Part shown: one piece after another, positions 8,736 through 16,838 of the stretch
Numbering within the stretch: position 1 is the first letter of the stretch
Layout: the number at the start of each line of letters is the position of its first letter
NCBI GenBank assembly: GCA_030537455.1
Contig: JAUNMR010000014.1
Coordinates: 4,650-68,649, forward strand
From: Planctomycetia bacterium
GTDB taxonomy: Bacteria; Planctomycetota; Planctomycetia; Pirellulales; Thermoguttaceae
DNA length: 64,000 bases
Reading direction: 5' to 3'
Made by a program: the position numbers and the translations under genes
The notes under the pieces: generated by a model
Databases searched by the model: none
Seen by the model: the letters and a program-made list of their open reading frames with translations, nothing else
Told to the model about the DNA's origin: nothing

Positions 8736-9842
8736 TTATTCTTCCTCTTCTTCTTCCTCTTGTGCGCCGAGTCCCGCTTCCCAGCGACGCATTTTATCTG
8801 CGAGCTGTTCCGGCATATTGGCCTTGGTGAGCGCGTCTTCTTTGCGCACGGTCTGATCTTTCCAAAGGCGGAAGAGGTGGTCGTCGAGCAGCTGCATACC
8901 GAGCTTGTGACCGGTCTGAATCGAGGAGTTAATACGGAAGGTTTTATTCTCGCGAATAAGGTTCGCGATAGCGGAGGTAACCACGAGCATTTCGTAGGCC
9001 GCGACACGACCTCCTTGGATACGCGGCAGGAGCTGTTGCGACAAAATGCCGATAATAGAGGTCGACAGTTGCGTACGGATCTGTTCCTGCTGGTTCGTGG
9101 GGAAAACGTCGATGATACGGTTGACCGTGCCTTGTGCGCCGGTGGTGTGCAAAGTGCCGAAGACCACGTGACCGGTTTCCGCGGCGGTAATAGCCGCTTC
9201 AATCGTTTCCAAGTCGCGCATTTCACCTACGAGAATAACGTCAGGGTCTTGACGCAACGCGCCACGGATCGCGTCGGCAAAGGACATGACGTCGACGCCG
9301 ACCTCGCGCTGATTCACCGTCGACTTCTTGTGATGGTGATAGAATTCGATCGGGTCTTCGATCGTAATAATATGGTGGTCGATGTTGGTATTGAGCCAGT
9401 CGATACACGCGGCGAGGGTCGTGGACTTACCGGAACCGGTCGGACCGGTCACGAGGATCATACCGCGCGGACGCTGAATCAGTTCTTTCATAACCGGAGG
9501 AGTGCCGAGTTGCTCCATGGAGAGCAGATCGTTGGGGATCTGGCGCAAGACCATTCCGGTATTGCCCTTCTGCTTGAAGACAGAGACGCGGAAACGCGCT
9601 TTATCGCCGAACGCGAAACCGAAGTCGGTACCGCCGCGTTCCTGCAGTTCCTGCTGGCAACGACCCGGCGTGATACTCTTCATAAGAGAGACGGTATCGG
9701 CGGGTTCGAGGGATTTGGTTTCAAGCCGGACGAGTCGGCCGTGCAAGCGCAACACGGGCGGTTGTCCAACTGCGATATGCAAGTCGGACGCGCCGCGCAC
9801 GACGACCGTTTCCAGGAGTTTATCAACTAAAATTGTACCCAT
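8736..9842 (-). CDS. pilT: PilT-type twitching/retraction ATPase (368 aa)
   Basis: Short N-terminus with no T2SSE_N domain. It has Walker [11 protein letters not shown], an LVGEMRD box, [13 protein letters not shown] and no tetracysteine motif. The C-terminus ends in ...[10 protein letters not shown]. Confidence 0.85.
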   Translation of the reverse strand: MGTILVDKLLETVVVRGASDLHIAVGQPPVLRLHGRLVRLETKSLEPADTVSLMKSITPGRCQQELQERGGTDFGFAFGDKARFRVSVFKQKGNTGMVLRQIPNDLLSMEQLGTPPVMKELIQRPRGMILVTGPTGSGKSTTLAACIDWLNTNIDHHIITIEDPIEFYHHHKKSTVNQREVGVDVMSFADAIRGALRQDPDVILVGEMRDLETIEAAITAAETGHVVFGTLHTTGAQGTVNRIIDVFPTNQQEQIRTQLSTSIIGILSQQLLPRIQGGRVAAYEMLVVTSAIANLIRENKTFRINSSIQTGHKLGMQLLDDHLFRLWKDQTVRKEDALTKANMPEQLADKMRRWEAGLGAQEEEEEEE

Positions 9843-9941
9843 ACGACTTATTTCCTATCATACGCTCCATCGTGGTCAAGGAGCGACCGTTGAAACGTTT
9901 GCATTAACGTCAAATACAAGGCGACGCGTAGGTCGCGAGTT

Positions 9942-11657
9942 TTACTCTTCTTCCAGACGCGCGACGCGCATAACTTCTTCGATCGTAGTAATACCCTTCA
10001 TGGCCTTAACAATACCGTCTTCGAAGAGCACGTGCATTCCTTCGCTACGCGCGAGGCGACGAATATTGGAGGTGGACTCGCCCTTAAAGGTCATTTCGCG
10101 CACCTTCGGGGACATATACATCAGTTCGAAGATAGCGCGACGACCGCGGTAACCGGTCTTGTTGCAGTTAACGCAGCCCTTGCCTTTCATAAAGGTCGCT
10201 TTTGCGGCCAGTTCCGGGGAGATATGAGCGGCGCGCAGTTCTGCGTCGCTCGGGGTATAGGGACGTCGACATTTCGGACAAACCATACGCACGAGGCGTT
10301 GCGCCATGATACCGATTACGGAGCTGGCGACTAGGTAGCCGGGCACGCCCATATCGACCAGACGCGTGATCGCCGAGGGCGCGTCGTTGGTGTGAAGCGT
10401 ACTGAAGACCAAGTGGCCTGTGAGGGACGCTTGAATACCCATGGAGGCGGTTTCCAAGTCGCGCATTTCGCCCACGAGAATAACGTTAGGAGCCTGACGC
10501 AACATAGAGCGAATAACAGCGGCGAAGTCTAGACCGATCTGGTGTTTAATTTCGACCTGATTAATACCGGGTAGATAATATTCCACGGGGTCTTCGGCGG
10601 TGATAATTTTTCGCGTGGGCGTATTGAGTTCGTTGAGCGCCGCATAGAGAGAGGTCGTTTTACCGGAACCGGTCGGACCGGTCACGAGGATAATGCCATT
10701 GGGGCGTGCGATGAGCTGATTGAAGCGTTTGTAGTCGCGTTCACTAAAGCCGAGCTGTACGAGGCTTACGCGGATATTGTCTTTATCCAAGATACGCATA
10801 ACGATCGATTGACCGTGGTTGGTCGGAATAACCGAGACGCGCAAGTCGAGTTCTTTTTCGCCGAGCGTCAATTTAATACGACCGTCTTGGGTACGACGAC
10901 GTTCGGCGATATCGAGTTTAGCGAGAATTTTAAAACGCGACAGTAGCGAGCCTTGGAAACGTTTGGGCAACGCTTCGCGTTCCACGAGAGAACCGTCGAT
11001 ACGGTAACGAATACGCACGCGATCTTCGAAGGGTTCGATGTGGATATCAGAAGCGCGCAACTGAACCGCTTCGGCGATGATTTGGTCGCACAGACGCACG
11101 ATCGGGGCGTCGTTTTCGGTACTACCGCCGGCGACGTCGGCGTCGCCGCCGCCGGATTCCACGACGGTAAAGTTAATAGCGGTGTCGGTCATTTCCTGGA
11201 TCATGGAGTCCGCGGACTCGCCGACGTTCTGCTGATAATGCTGGTTGACCGCCTCTTGGATCGACTCGCGCGAAGAGACGTAAGCCTCGATCGGACGCTG
11301 AAGAATAAAGCGAAGTTTCTCAAAGACTTCCACGTCGTCAGGATCGCTCACCACGACGATAAGCGCGTCGCCGTCTTCTTCGTAGGGAAGAACGCAGTTT
11401 TCGCGCGCAATTGACTCGGGAATAAGTTCGATAACGGAAGGACGAATGGCGACGTCTTTCAAGTCGATATACTGTTTGCCATGTTCTTCGGCAATGGCGC
11501 GCGCGACTTGGTCACTGGTCACGTACCCGAGTTGAACGAGCGCCTCAGGCAGTTTAACGCCAGTTTTTTTCGCGAGCTCTTGTGCCTCTTGAACTTGGTT
11601 GACACTCAATAGGCCTTGTTTGTTCAAGACGCCAAGATAATTCAGTCTTTTCGCCAT
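9942..11657 (-). CDS. GspE/PilB-type secretion ATPase, copy 1 (571 aa)
   Basis: T2SSE_N-like N-domain, Walker A GPTGSGKTTS, an LVGEMRD box and the tetracysteine motif CPKC...CVNC. It is the first gene of the cluster, with a ~400-bp AT-rich region upstream. Confidence 0.9.
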   Translation of the reverse strand: MAKRLNYLGVLNKQGLLSVNQVQEAQELAKKTGVKLPEALVQLGYVTSDQVARAIAEEHGKQYIDLKDVAIRPSVIELIPESIARENCVLPYEEDGDALIVVVSDPDDVEVFEKLRFILQRPIEAYVSSRESIQEAVNQHYQQNVGESADSMIQEMTDTAINFTVVESGGGDADVAGGSTENDAPIVRLCDQIIAEAVQLRASDIHIEPFEDRVRIRYRIDGSLVEREALPKRFQGSLLSRFKILAKLDIAERRRTQDGRIKLTLGEKELDLRVSVIPTNHGQSIVMRILDKDNIRVSLVQLGFSERDYKRFNQLIARPNGIILVTGPTGSGKTTSLYAALNELNTPTRKIITAEDPVEYYLPGINQVEIKHQIGLDFAAVIRSMLRQAPNVILVGEMRDLETASMGIQASLTGHLVFSTLHTNDAPSAITRLVDMGVPGYLVASSVIGIMAQRLVRMVCPKCRRPYTPSDAELRAAHISPELAAKATFMKGKGCVNCNKTGYRGRRAIFELMYMSPKVREMTFKGESTSNIRRLARSEGMHVLFEDGIVKAMKGITTIEEVMRVARLEEE

Positions 11658-12068
11658 AATGTTCCTCTGTTACGCATGCAACGAAGCGTCCGAGAAGGAA
11701 AGACGTTCGACAAGTGGTCAGACGCTACAATCCTTCGCTCTGCCCTCTCCTGTTCAAGAGAGAAACGCGCACTATCATTCGACTCTTACCGAGTCAAACT
11801 CAACAATTTTTTAGTTTAATCGTATTATCGCTAAAAAGCAAGCTTTTTTTCCAAATTGGAAAAGCGCTTTATACGATTTGGCATTCTCGATTCGACAGAA
11901 CATGCGTATTACTTACAAGCGTCGAATACAAATCGTCCGCGATGTTTATTATAATCCTCCATCCTTGGCGAAACGATATTTTTTAGGCAAGATTGGTAAA
12001 ATATTCAAAATTTCTAGACATATAACGGTTCGAGAGCATACCGTCGGGACGCGTCTAGGCAAGAACGT

Positions 12069-12102
12069 AAAACGCCGACCTTCCTGAGAAAGTCGGCGTT
12101 TT
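12069..12102 (-). terminator. Intrinsic terminator downstream of pheA
   Basis: aaaacgccgac cttcctgagaaa gtcggcgtttt forms an 11-bp stem in which the A- and T-tracts pair. It lies 64 nt after the pheA stop. Confidence 0.6.
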
Positions 12103-12165
12103 ATGACTGTGACGACCATTGACGTCACAGACGCTAAGTCGTCTTGGTGAAATAGTCGCGCAACG

Positions 12166-13308
12166 TCAGATCACTTCGGTATAGCTACCGAGGTAGGTGA
12201 AGGTTTCGCAGACGCCTTTGAGTTCGCCCATGAGCTGAATGAATCTTGGCGAGTAGACGGGCGCGTCGAGGTCGAGATAGAACATGAACTCGAAGTCACG
12301 GTCGGGCAATGGTCGGCTTTCGAGTTTAATGAGATTGACGCCGAGCGCATAGAGACGGGAGAGGAGCTTATAGAGCGACCCTGGCTCGTGTGAGATACTT
12401 GCCATGAGGCTGGTACGATTCGCGCCGGGGTAAATTTCCAGGTCTTTGGAGATGCAAATAAAGCGCGTGTAGTTATTGTCTTTGTCCTGGACGGACGCCT
12501 TGAGGCATTCCAGACCGTAGAGTTTAATGCAGGAGCGCGAGGCGAGCGCGGCGATATCGCGACGGTCGGAGTTTGCCACGTTTTGTGCGGCAATTGCGGT
12601 ATTTTCGCAAGGAATGATCTTGATATTCGACAGCGTGGCAAGGAAGTTGGCGCACTGGCTCAGCGCATGCTGATGGGAATAGATTTCGCGAACCTCGCTG
12701 AGTTTTACCCCGGGCTTGACAAGGAGATTGTGGTCTACCTTCAGACGAAGACTGCGAACGATATTGAATTCGTGGCGTTGCATGAGGTCGTAAACCTGGT
12801 TGACAGAACCCGCAAGACTGTTTTCAAGCGGGATCACCCCGTAACGGCAGAACCCCTTCTCGATCGCATTGAAAACGCCTTCGAAACTCGTGAAATACAT
12901 AATCTTAGCGCCAACGATTAATTTATCGGCGGCGATTTGCGAGTTAGCGCCCTCTACGCCCTGACAGGCGACGGTGACGTTACTGGGGAAGAGCTTGGGG
13001 GTATTGTCAATCGCGCTTTCGATTTTGCGCGTTAGTTCCGTACCGACGCCGAGCAGACGATACTGATAGCTTCGGCTCAGTTCGAGCATGAGCGAATAGA
13101 GTAGCGGAACGTATTCTTTAACGTCTTCGGGCGAGGCGTTGAGGACGTCATGCAGTTTTTCACGTTCACGCTTCATGTCAATGACGGGCACGCCGTGTTC
13201 CTGCTTGTACTTTGCCACTGCATTGGCGAAGGCCATGCGTTGCGCGAAGAGCGCGACGATCTGTTCGTCCACTTGATCAATTTTGGCGCGATATTCACTC
13301 GGTTCCAT
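12166..13308 (-). CDS. pheA: Bifunctional chorismate mutase / prephenate dehydratase (P-protein)
   Basis: The N-terminus is chorismate mutase-like (YRAKIDQVDEQIVALFAQRMAFANAVAKYK). A PDT domain (VACQGVEGANSQ...) and a C-terminal ACT-like domain follow. The ORF track starts at a TTG at 13344. The ATG at 13308 has a GGGAG Shine-Dalgarno 8 nt upstream. Confidence 0.85.
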   Translation of the reverse strand: MEPSEYRAKIDQVDEQIVALFAQRMAFANAVAKYKQEHGVPVIDMKREREKLHDVLNASPEDVKEYVPLLYSLMLELSRSYQYRLLGVGTELTRKIESAIDNTPKLFPSNVTVACQGVEGANSQIAADKLIVGAKIMYFTSFEGVFNAIEKGFCRYGVIPLENSLAGSVNQVYDLMQRHEFNIVRSLRLKVDHNLLVKPGVKLSEVREIYSHQHALSQCANFLATLSNIKIIPCENTAIAAQNVANSDRRDIAALASRSCIKLYGLECLKASVQDKDNNYTRFICISKDLEIYPGANRTSLMASISHEPGSLYKLLSRLYALGVNLIKLESRPLPDRDFEFMFYLDLDAPVYSPRFIQLMGELKGVCETFTYLGSYTEVI

Positions 13309-13404
13309 TGAAAAAACTCCCAAATATAAAGACTCGTGTAACAACGAATCGCGTTATAAAAAACAGGACAAACGTACACGCGTCAGGCGTCTGGAGCGCG
13401 ACAT

Positions 13405-13439
13405 AAAAAAACGCGCTACAGGCGTAACCTGTAACGCGT
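13405..13439 (-). terminator. Strong intrinsic terminator ending the 18.5-13.7 kb operon
   Basis: The minus strand reads acgcgttacagg ttacg cctgtagcgcgt followed by TTTTTTT. That is a 12-bp stem (one G-U pair) plus a 7-nt T-run. Confidence 0.7.
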
Positions 13440-13726
13440 TGCTATTACGATTCCTTCTGGGTCTCAAGGCATTACAAATCACGCTGTACTATGGAGTCAT
13501 AGTAAAGCTAAACCAAAAGAACTCAGTAAAGGAGAAGACGTTCGTCGTCATTAAAAAAATTCCTCTCTTAACGAGCGCGAATCGACAGAAAGATCCGCAC
13601 ACAAAAGCGTATTGCAAAAATGTCACGAGGTCGCAACACGCTCATGCTTTAATTTAACGTCCTGCGCCAAACGGTCAAGGCGTCAGATCAAAAAAAATGA
13701 CAATTCACTTGAGCGCGGCGTTGCGT

Positions 13727-14788
13727 TTACTTTTTCTTCGTGGCGAAGAGTCGGAGATTTTTAAGTTCTAGCGTGGCGCGATAGGTTCCGGGAATTTCCC
13801 AGCCGAAATTAAAATGCGACAGCACGAGATCGTCCAAGTTGGTTTTTGTCATAAAGTTGCGTTCGTGCGCGACGCTGAGCATGGACTCGAGGTAGTCGCA
13901 CAGGTCGACGCGAATGTGAACCCATTTGTGGCTACACGGGTTGACGCCGCCAAGTAGATTATCGATGGTCTCCTGTCCTCCGAGTCGATGGATTAACTTA
14001 CCGGTTCCGATCGTTTTAGGGTCGCCGTCCACCGCGTCATAAGCGGTTTGCACTTCGTAACGATCGTCAAAGAAAGAGACGCCAAACCAGAGGAAATCAC
14101 CGTAGCCCTGTGAGTCGCGCGAACCGTTGGGAATCGCAAAGTAAACGGACGCTTGCGCCGCGTGAAGATTAGGATCAAATTGCTCCGCCGTCATTTTGCG
14201 TTCCACCTCGCCAACGCGCGCGTCGCACTCAAAGACCACGTGTTCGTATTCGCATAGACGAATTAACTCCTTGCCCGAGAAGTTACGAACCAAGAGCAGA
14301 TGCGTCCACATTTGACCGTCACGACGCGGCGACGCGTAATCCTCGGCGGTATCGGCGCTTAGCTCCAGTACGGTATCGCCGACCTGGTCGAGACGTCGCG
14401 CCACCGTCTGACTTGGCGTCGACACAACGGCGGAGTCCTTCTGGGCAGTTACGTCGCCGTCCTGACACAAGTCGTACTTAGAGCCATGTTGCGCCAGCGC
14501 CCAAAGCGGCTTCTCTTGGGCGTCAACCTCTTGATCCAGATAGGATAGACGCAAAACGCCACGATTCACAGGCTTACGACAGTTGTCATATATGAAAAAG
14601 CCACGCTGGAACTGAGGATCGCCAAAGAGTTCTACACTTTGCGTATCCGTTGACTCTTGTGCAATCACAACGCCGTAGTCGTCACAGCATAGAGTGAAAT
14701 AAACAAGCGCAAACAAGGGCAAAGCAACCAGTTGCAATGACAGAACGCTCAAACGATAGCGAAGGAATTTTGAACAGAGCAACGACAT
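13727..14788 (-). CDS. Secreted hypothetical protein (about 353 aa)
   Basis: The ORF track extends to 14899 and overlaps the upstream gene by 47 nt. The ATG at 14788 gives MSLLCSKFLRYRLSVLSLQLVALPLFALVYFTLCC, which looks like a signal peptide. I recognise no family. Confidence 0.65.
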   Translation of the reverse strand: MSLLCSKFLRYRLSVLSLQLVALPLFALVYFTLCCDDYGVVIAQESTDTQSVELFGDPQFQRGFFIYDNCRKPVNRGVLRLSYLDQEVDAQEKPLWALAQHGSKYDLCQDGDVTAQKDSAVVSTPSQTVARRLDQVGDTVLELSADTAEDYASPRRDGQMWTHLLLVRNFSGKELIRLCEYEHVVFECDARVGEVERKMTAEQFDPNLHAAQASVYFAIPNGSRDSQGYGDFLWFGVSFFDDRYEVQTAYDAVDGDPKTIGTGKLIHRLGGQETIDNLLGGVNPCSHKWVHIRVDLCDYLESMLSVAHERNFMTKTNLDDLVLSHFNFGWEIPGTYRATLELKNLRLFATKKK

Positions 14789-14852
14789 ATCGGGGCAATT
14801 AAAGGAATAAACAACAGGGGCATAACAATGTCGCTTAGCGTGTCTGACGCAA

Positions 14853-15710
14853 TTAGTACGCGTCTTGCGAAAGGATACGCTGATACACCTCGCGCACACG
14901 ATTCACCGGTAATGCAAAGCTAATCCCTTGGTACTGCTGACCATAGATCGCCGTGTTGATTCCGACGAGGCGACCGTGGTCGTCGACCAGAGCGCCGCCG
15001 CTGTTGCCGGGATTGACCGCCGCGTCGGTCTGAAGGAACTCCTGCGTCGCGACGCCGACCTCATTGAAAACGAAACGTTCTTTTGCGCTTATAATTCCCT
15101 CGGTCACGGTCTTCGCAAGACCATAGGGATTACCGAGCGCCAGGACATGATCGCCGACCTCAAGTTGATCGCTATCGCCCCACTCTATTGGCGTCAGCTG
15201 GGTCGCTTGAATCTGAAGTACAGCGACGTCAAGGTTTTCGTCGAATCCAATTAGACGCACGCCGTCGCTAATAGCGCGACCGTCGCTCAAAATGATCTCT
15301 ACCCCGTCGACTAGACGATTGTTTTCGCAAATCACGTGGAAATTCGTAATAATCATCCCATCACTGGACACTATCACGCCAGAGCCTTGACCTTGCGCTA
15401 CGATAGAGTCGCCATAATAGCCGGCCTGGATTGTATTCGTCTTAATACCGACCACCGAGGGAGCGGCGATCTTCGCAACGTAAGGGATCAGTTTATCGTA
15501 ACTCGCCGCGGGAAAGTCTTTGAGAAATTGCATCGCCTCTTCGCGTTTAGCGCGCTCCTGACCGCGCGCGCTGGAGTACGCAATGCGTTCAGCGACCGAC
15601 GGCAACGCCGCAACCGTCGCTAGAACGCACAGCGCTAGAAAGAGGTAAAACATACGATTGATAACAAACGCTTTGGCGAGCTCGCGTTCGTTCGGATTAT
15701 CATTTGTCAT
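14853..15710 (-). CDS. Trypsin-like serine protease (HtrA/DegP-like catalytic domain, no PDZ domain)
   Basis: Triad contexts are ITNFHV (His), LDVAVLQI (Asp) and NPGNSGGALVD (Ser). An N-terminal hydrophobic anchor reads MFYLFLALCVLATVAALPSV. The protein ends about 35 aa after the Ser box, so it has no PDZ. The ORF track start at 15764 is a TTG, and the first ATG is at 15710. Confidence 0.8.
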   Translation of the reverse strand: MTNDNPNERELAKAFVINRMFYLFLALCVLATVAALPSVAERIAYSSARGQERAKREEAMQFLKDFPAASYDKLIPYVAKIAAPSVVGIKTNTIQAGYYGDSIVAQGQGSGVIVSSDGMIITNFHVICENNRLVDGVEIILSDGRAISDGVRLIGFDENLDVAVLQIQATQLTPIEWGDSDQLEVGDHVLALGNPYGLAKTVTEGIISAKERFVFNEVGVATQEFLQTDAAVNPGNSGGALVDDHGRLVGINTAIYGQQYQGISFALPVNRVREVYQRILSQDAY

Positions 15711-15856
15711 GGCAAAGTTAGCTCTATCGTTAAAACGGATCGACACTTGGGACGAGGTCGTCAAGGCGTCTGGCGTTTACGCGATAAGAATCGAAGGCAA
15801 ACGCCACGGTTTTTTCTTTCTATTTTACTGTGCTATTGAGTTTGTGGAAACTACGT

Positions 15857-16768
15857 CTACTTCTTTTCGACCTCTTCCTTGTCGTTATCTTTTTGACGCG
15901 AGAGGAGTAGTAGCACGCATGTGTCAACCGGGGGAATGACGTCGGTATTTGCGTGATAGTATAGCGCAACGTTATCGCTTGAGCTTTCAAATGGCACGTC
16001 GAGAACGGCGCCGGGGAAATTTGACACGCCGAAGATTTCACCGGTTACATTGGCCAGATAATAACGTTTGCCATCGGGATTAACGCCGAACAGCCCGCCG
16101 GTAAAGACCCAGGGAGAGCTCATGACGTCGCCGGATTCATTTTCGAGAATCAACTCTTGCGCGCGCTTCTTAACGATCTGTTCGGAATCTTGCTGCTCGG
16201 AATCTGACAAACGCCAACGTACTTCGATTTCGATCTTCTCGCCGGTTGGGGGAATGAATATCGGGTCATATTTCGCAGGCGCGCCCTGTTTAGCGCCGAT
16301 CGCCAGTAGCGCCGCGTGAATCAGATGCGCCGGGACGTCGAGGGTGAGAATCGATTCATGTTCTTTGGAATTACGCCCGCAGGCTAAGAATTCCAGTTCG
16401 CCCTCGCGCAGACAGACTTGTGCGCCAAGCGCAACGTATTTACGATCAGCAGTCGCCCAGATGGGCGCGTTTTTATCGAGCCGTTTGAGCTGTTCTGGCT
16501 GATCGTACAGCGACGCGTAGTCGTAATTTTTCGCGATATCGATGGAGCGCTTGGCGCCGGAAACGACACGTTCCTGCTGATCGGAGTCAGAATTCGTCTG
16601 CGCTTTAGGCACAGAGTTGGGCGTCGTCTGCGGCTTTTGGTCGGGAAATTCAATCGCGGCGTCTATTCCCTGCTCCTGAGGCAGTTCCTGAGCATTGAGG
16701 AGTGAACAGAGCGTAAAGAACACAGTGACAACGGTAAGATAGCGCAGGGATAAGTAGCGATTAAACAT
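15857..16768 (-). CDS. Secreted protein, possibly YdjY-domain family
   Basis: The ATG at 16768 has a GGAGA Shine-Dalgarno 7 nt upstream. The track start at 16792 is a TTG. The signal peptide reads MFNRYLSLRYLTVVTVFFTLCSLLNAQE. The motif LEFLACGRNSKEHESILTLDVPAHLIHAALLAIGA resembles what I remember of YdjY-domain proteins, but the family call is from memory and weak. Confidence 0.6.
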   Translation of the reverse strand: MFNRYLSLRYLTVVTVFFTLCSLLNAQELPQEQGIDAAIEFPDQKPQTTPNSVPKAQTNSDSDQQERVVSGAKRSIDIAKNYDYASLYDQPEQLKRLDKNAPIWATADRKYVALGAQVCLREGELEFLACGRNSKEHESILTLDVPAHLIHAALLAIGAKQGAPAKYDPIFIPPTGEKIEIEVRWRLSDSEQQDSEQIVKKRAQELILENESGDVMSSPWVFTGGLFGVNPDGKRYYLANVTGEIFGVSNFPGAVLDVPFESSSDNVALYYHANTDVIPPVDTCVLLLLSRQKDNDKEEVEKK

Positions 16769-16838
16769 TGTGACGTCTCCGCAAATCAGCAACGACTCAG
16801 TAACGTCCCGTGAGCATACGAACGCGAGCGCGTCGGCG

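Noticed and set aside
6806-9830. Plus-strand ORFs of 397 aa (6806-7999) and 394 aa (8646-9830), and a 239-aa minus-strand ORF (8507-9226).
   Set aside because: They are antisense or out of frame relative to the well-supported GspE and PilT genes, and their products have no recognisable motifs.
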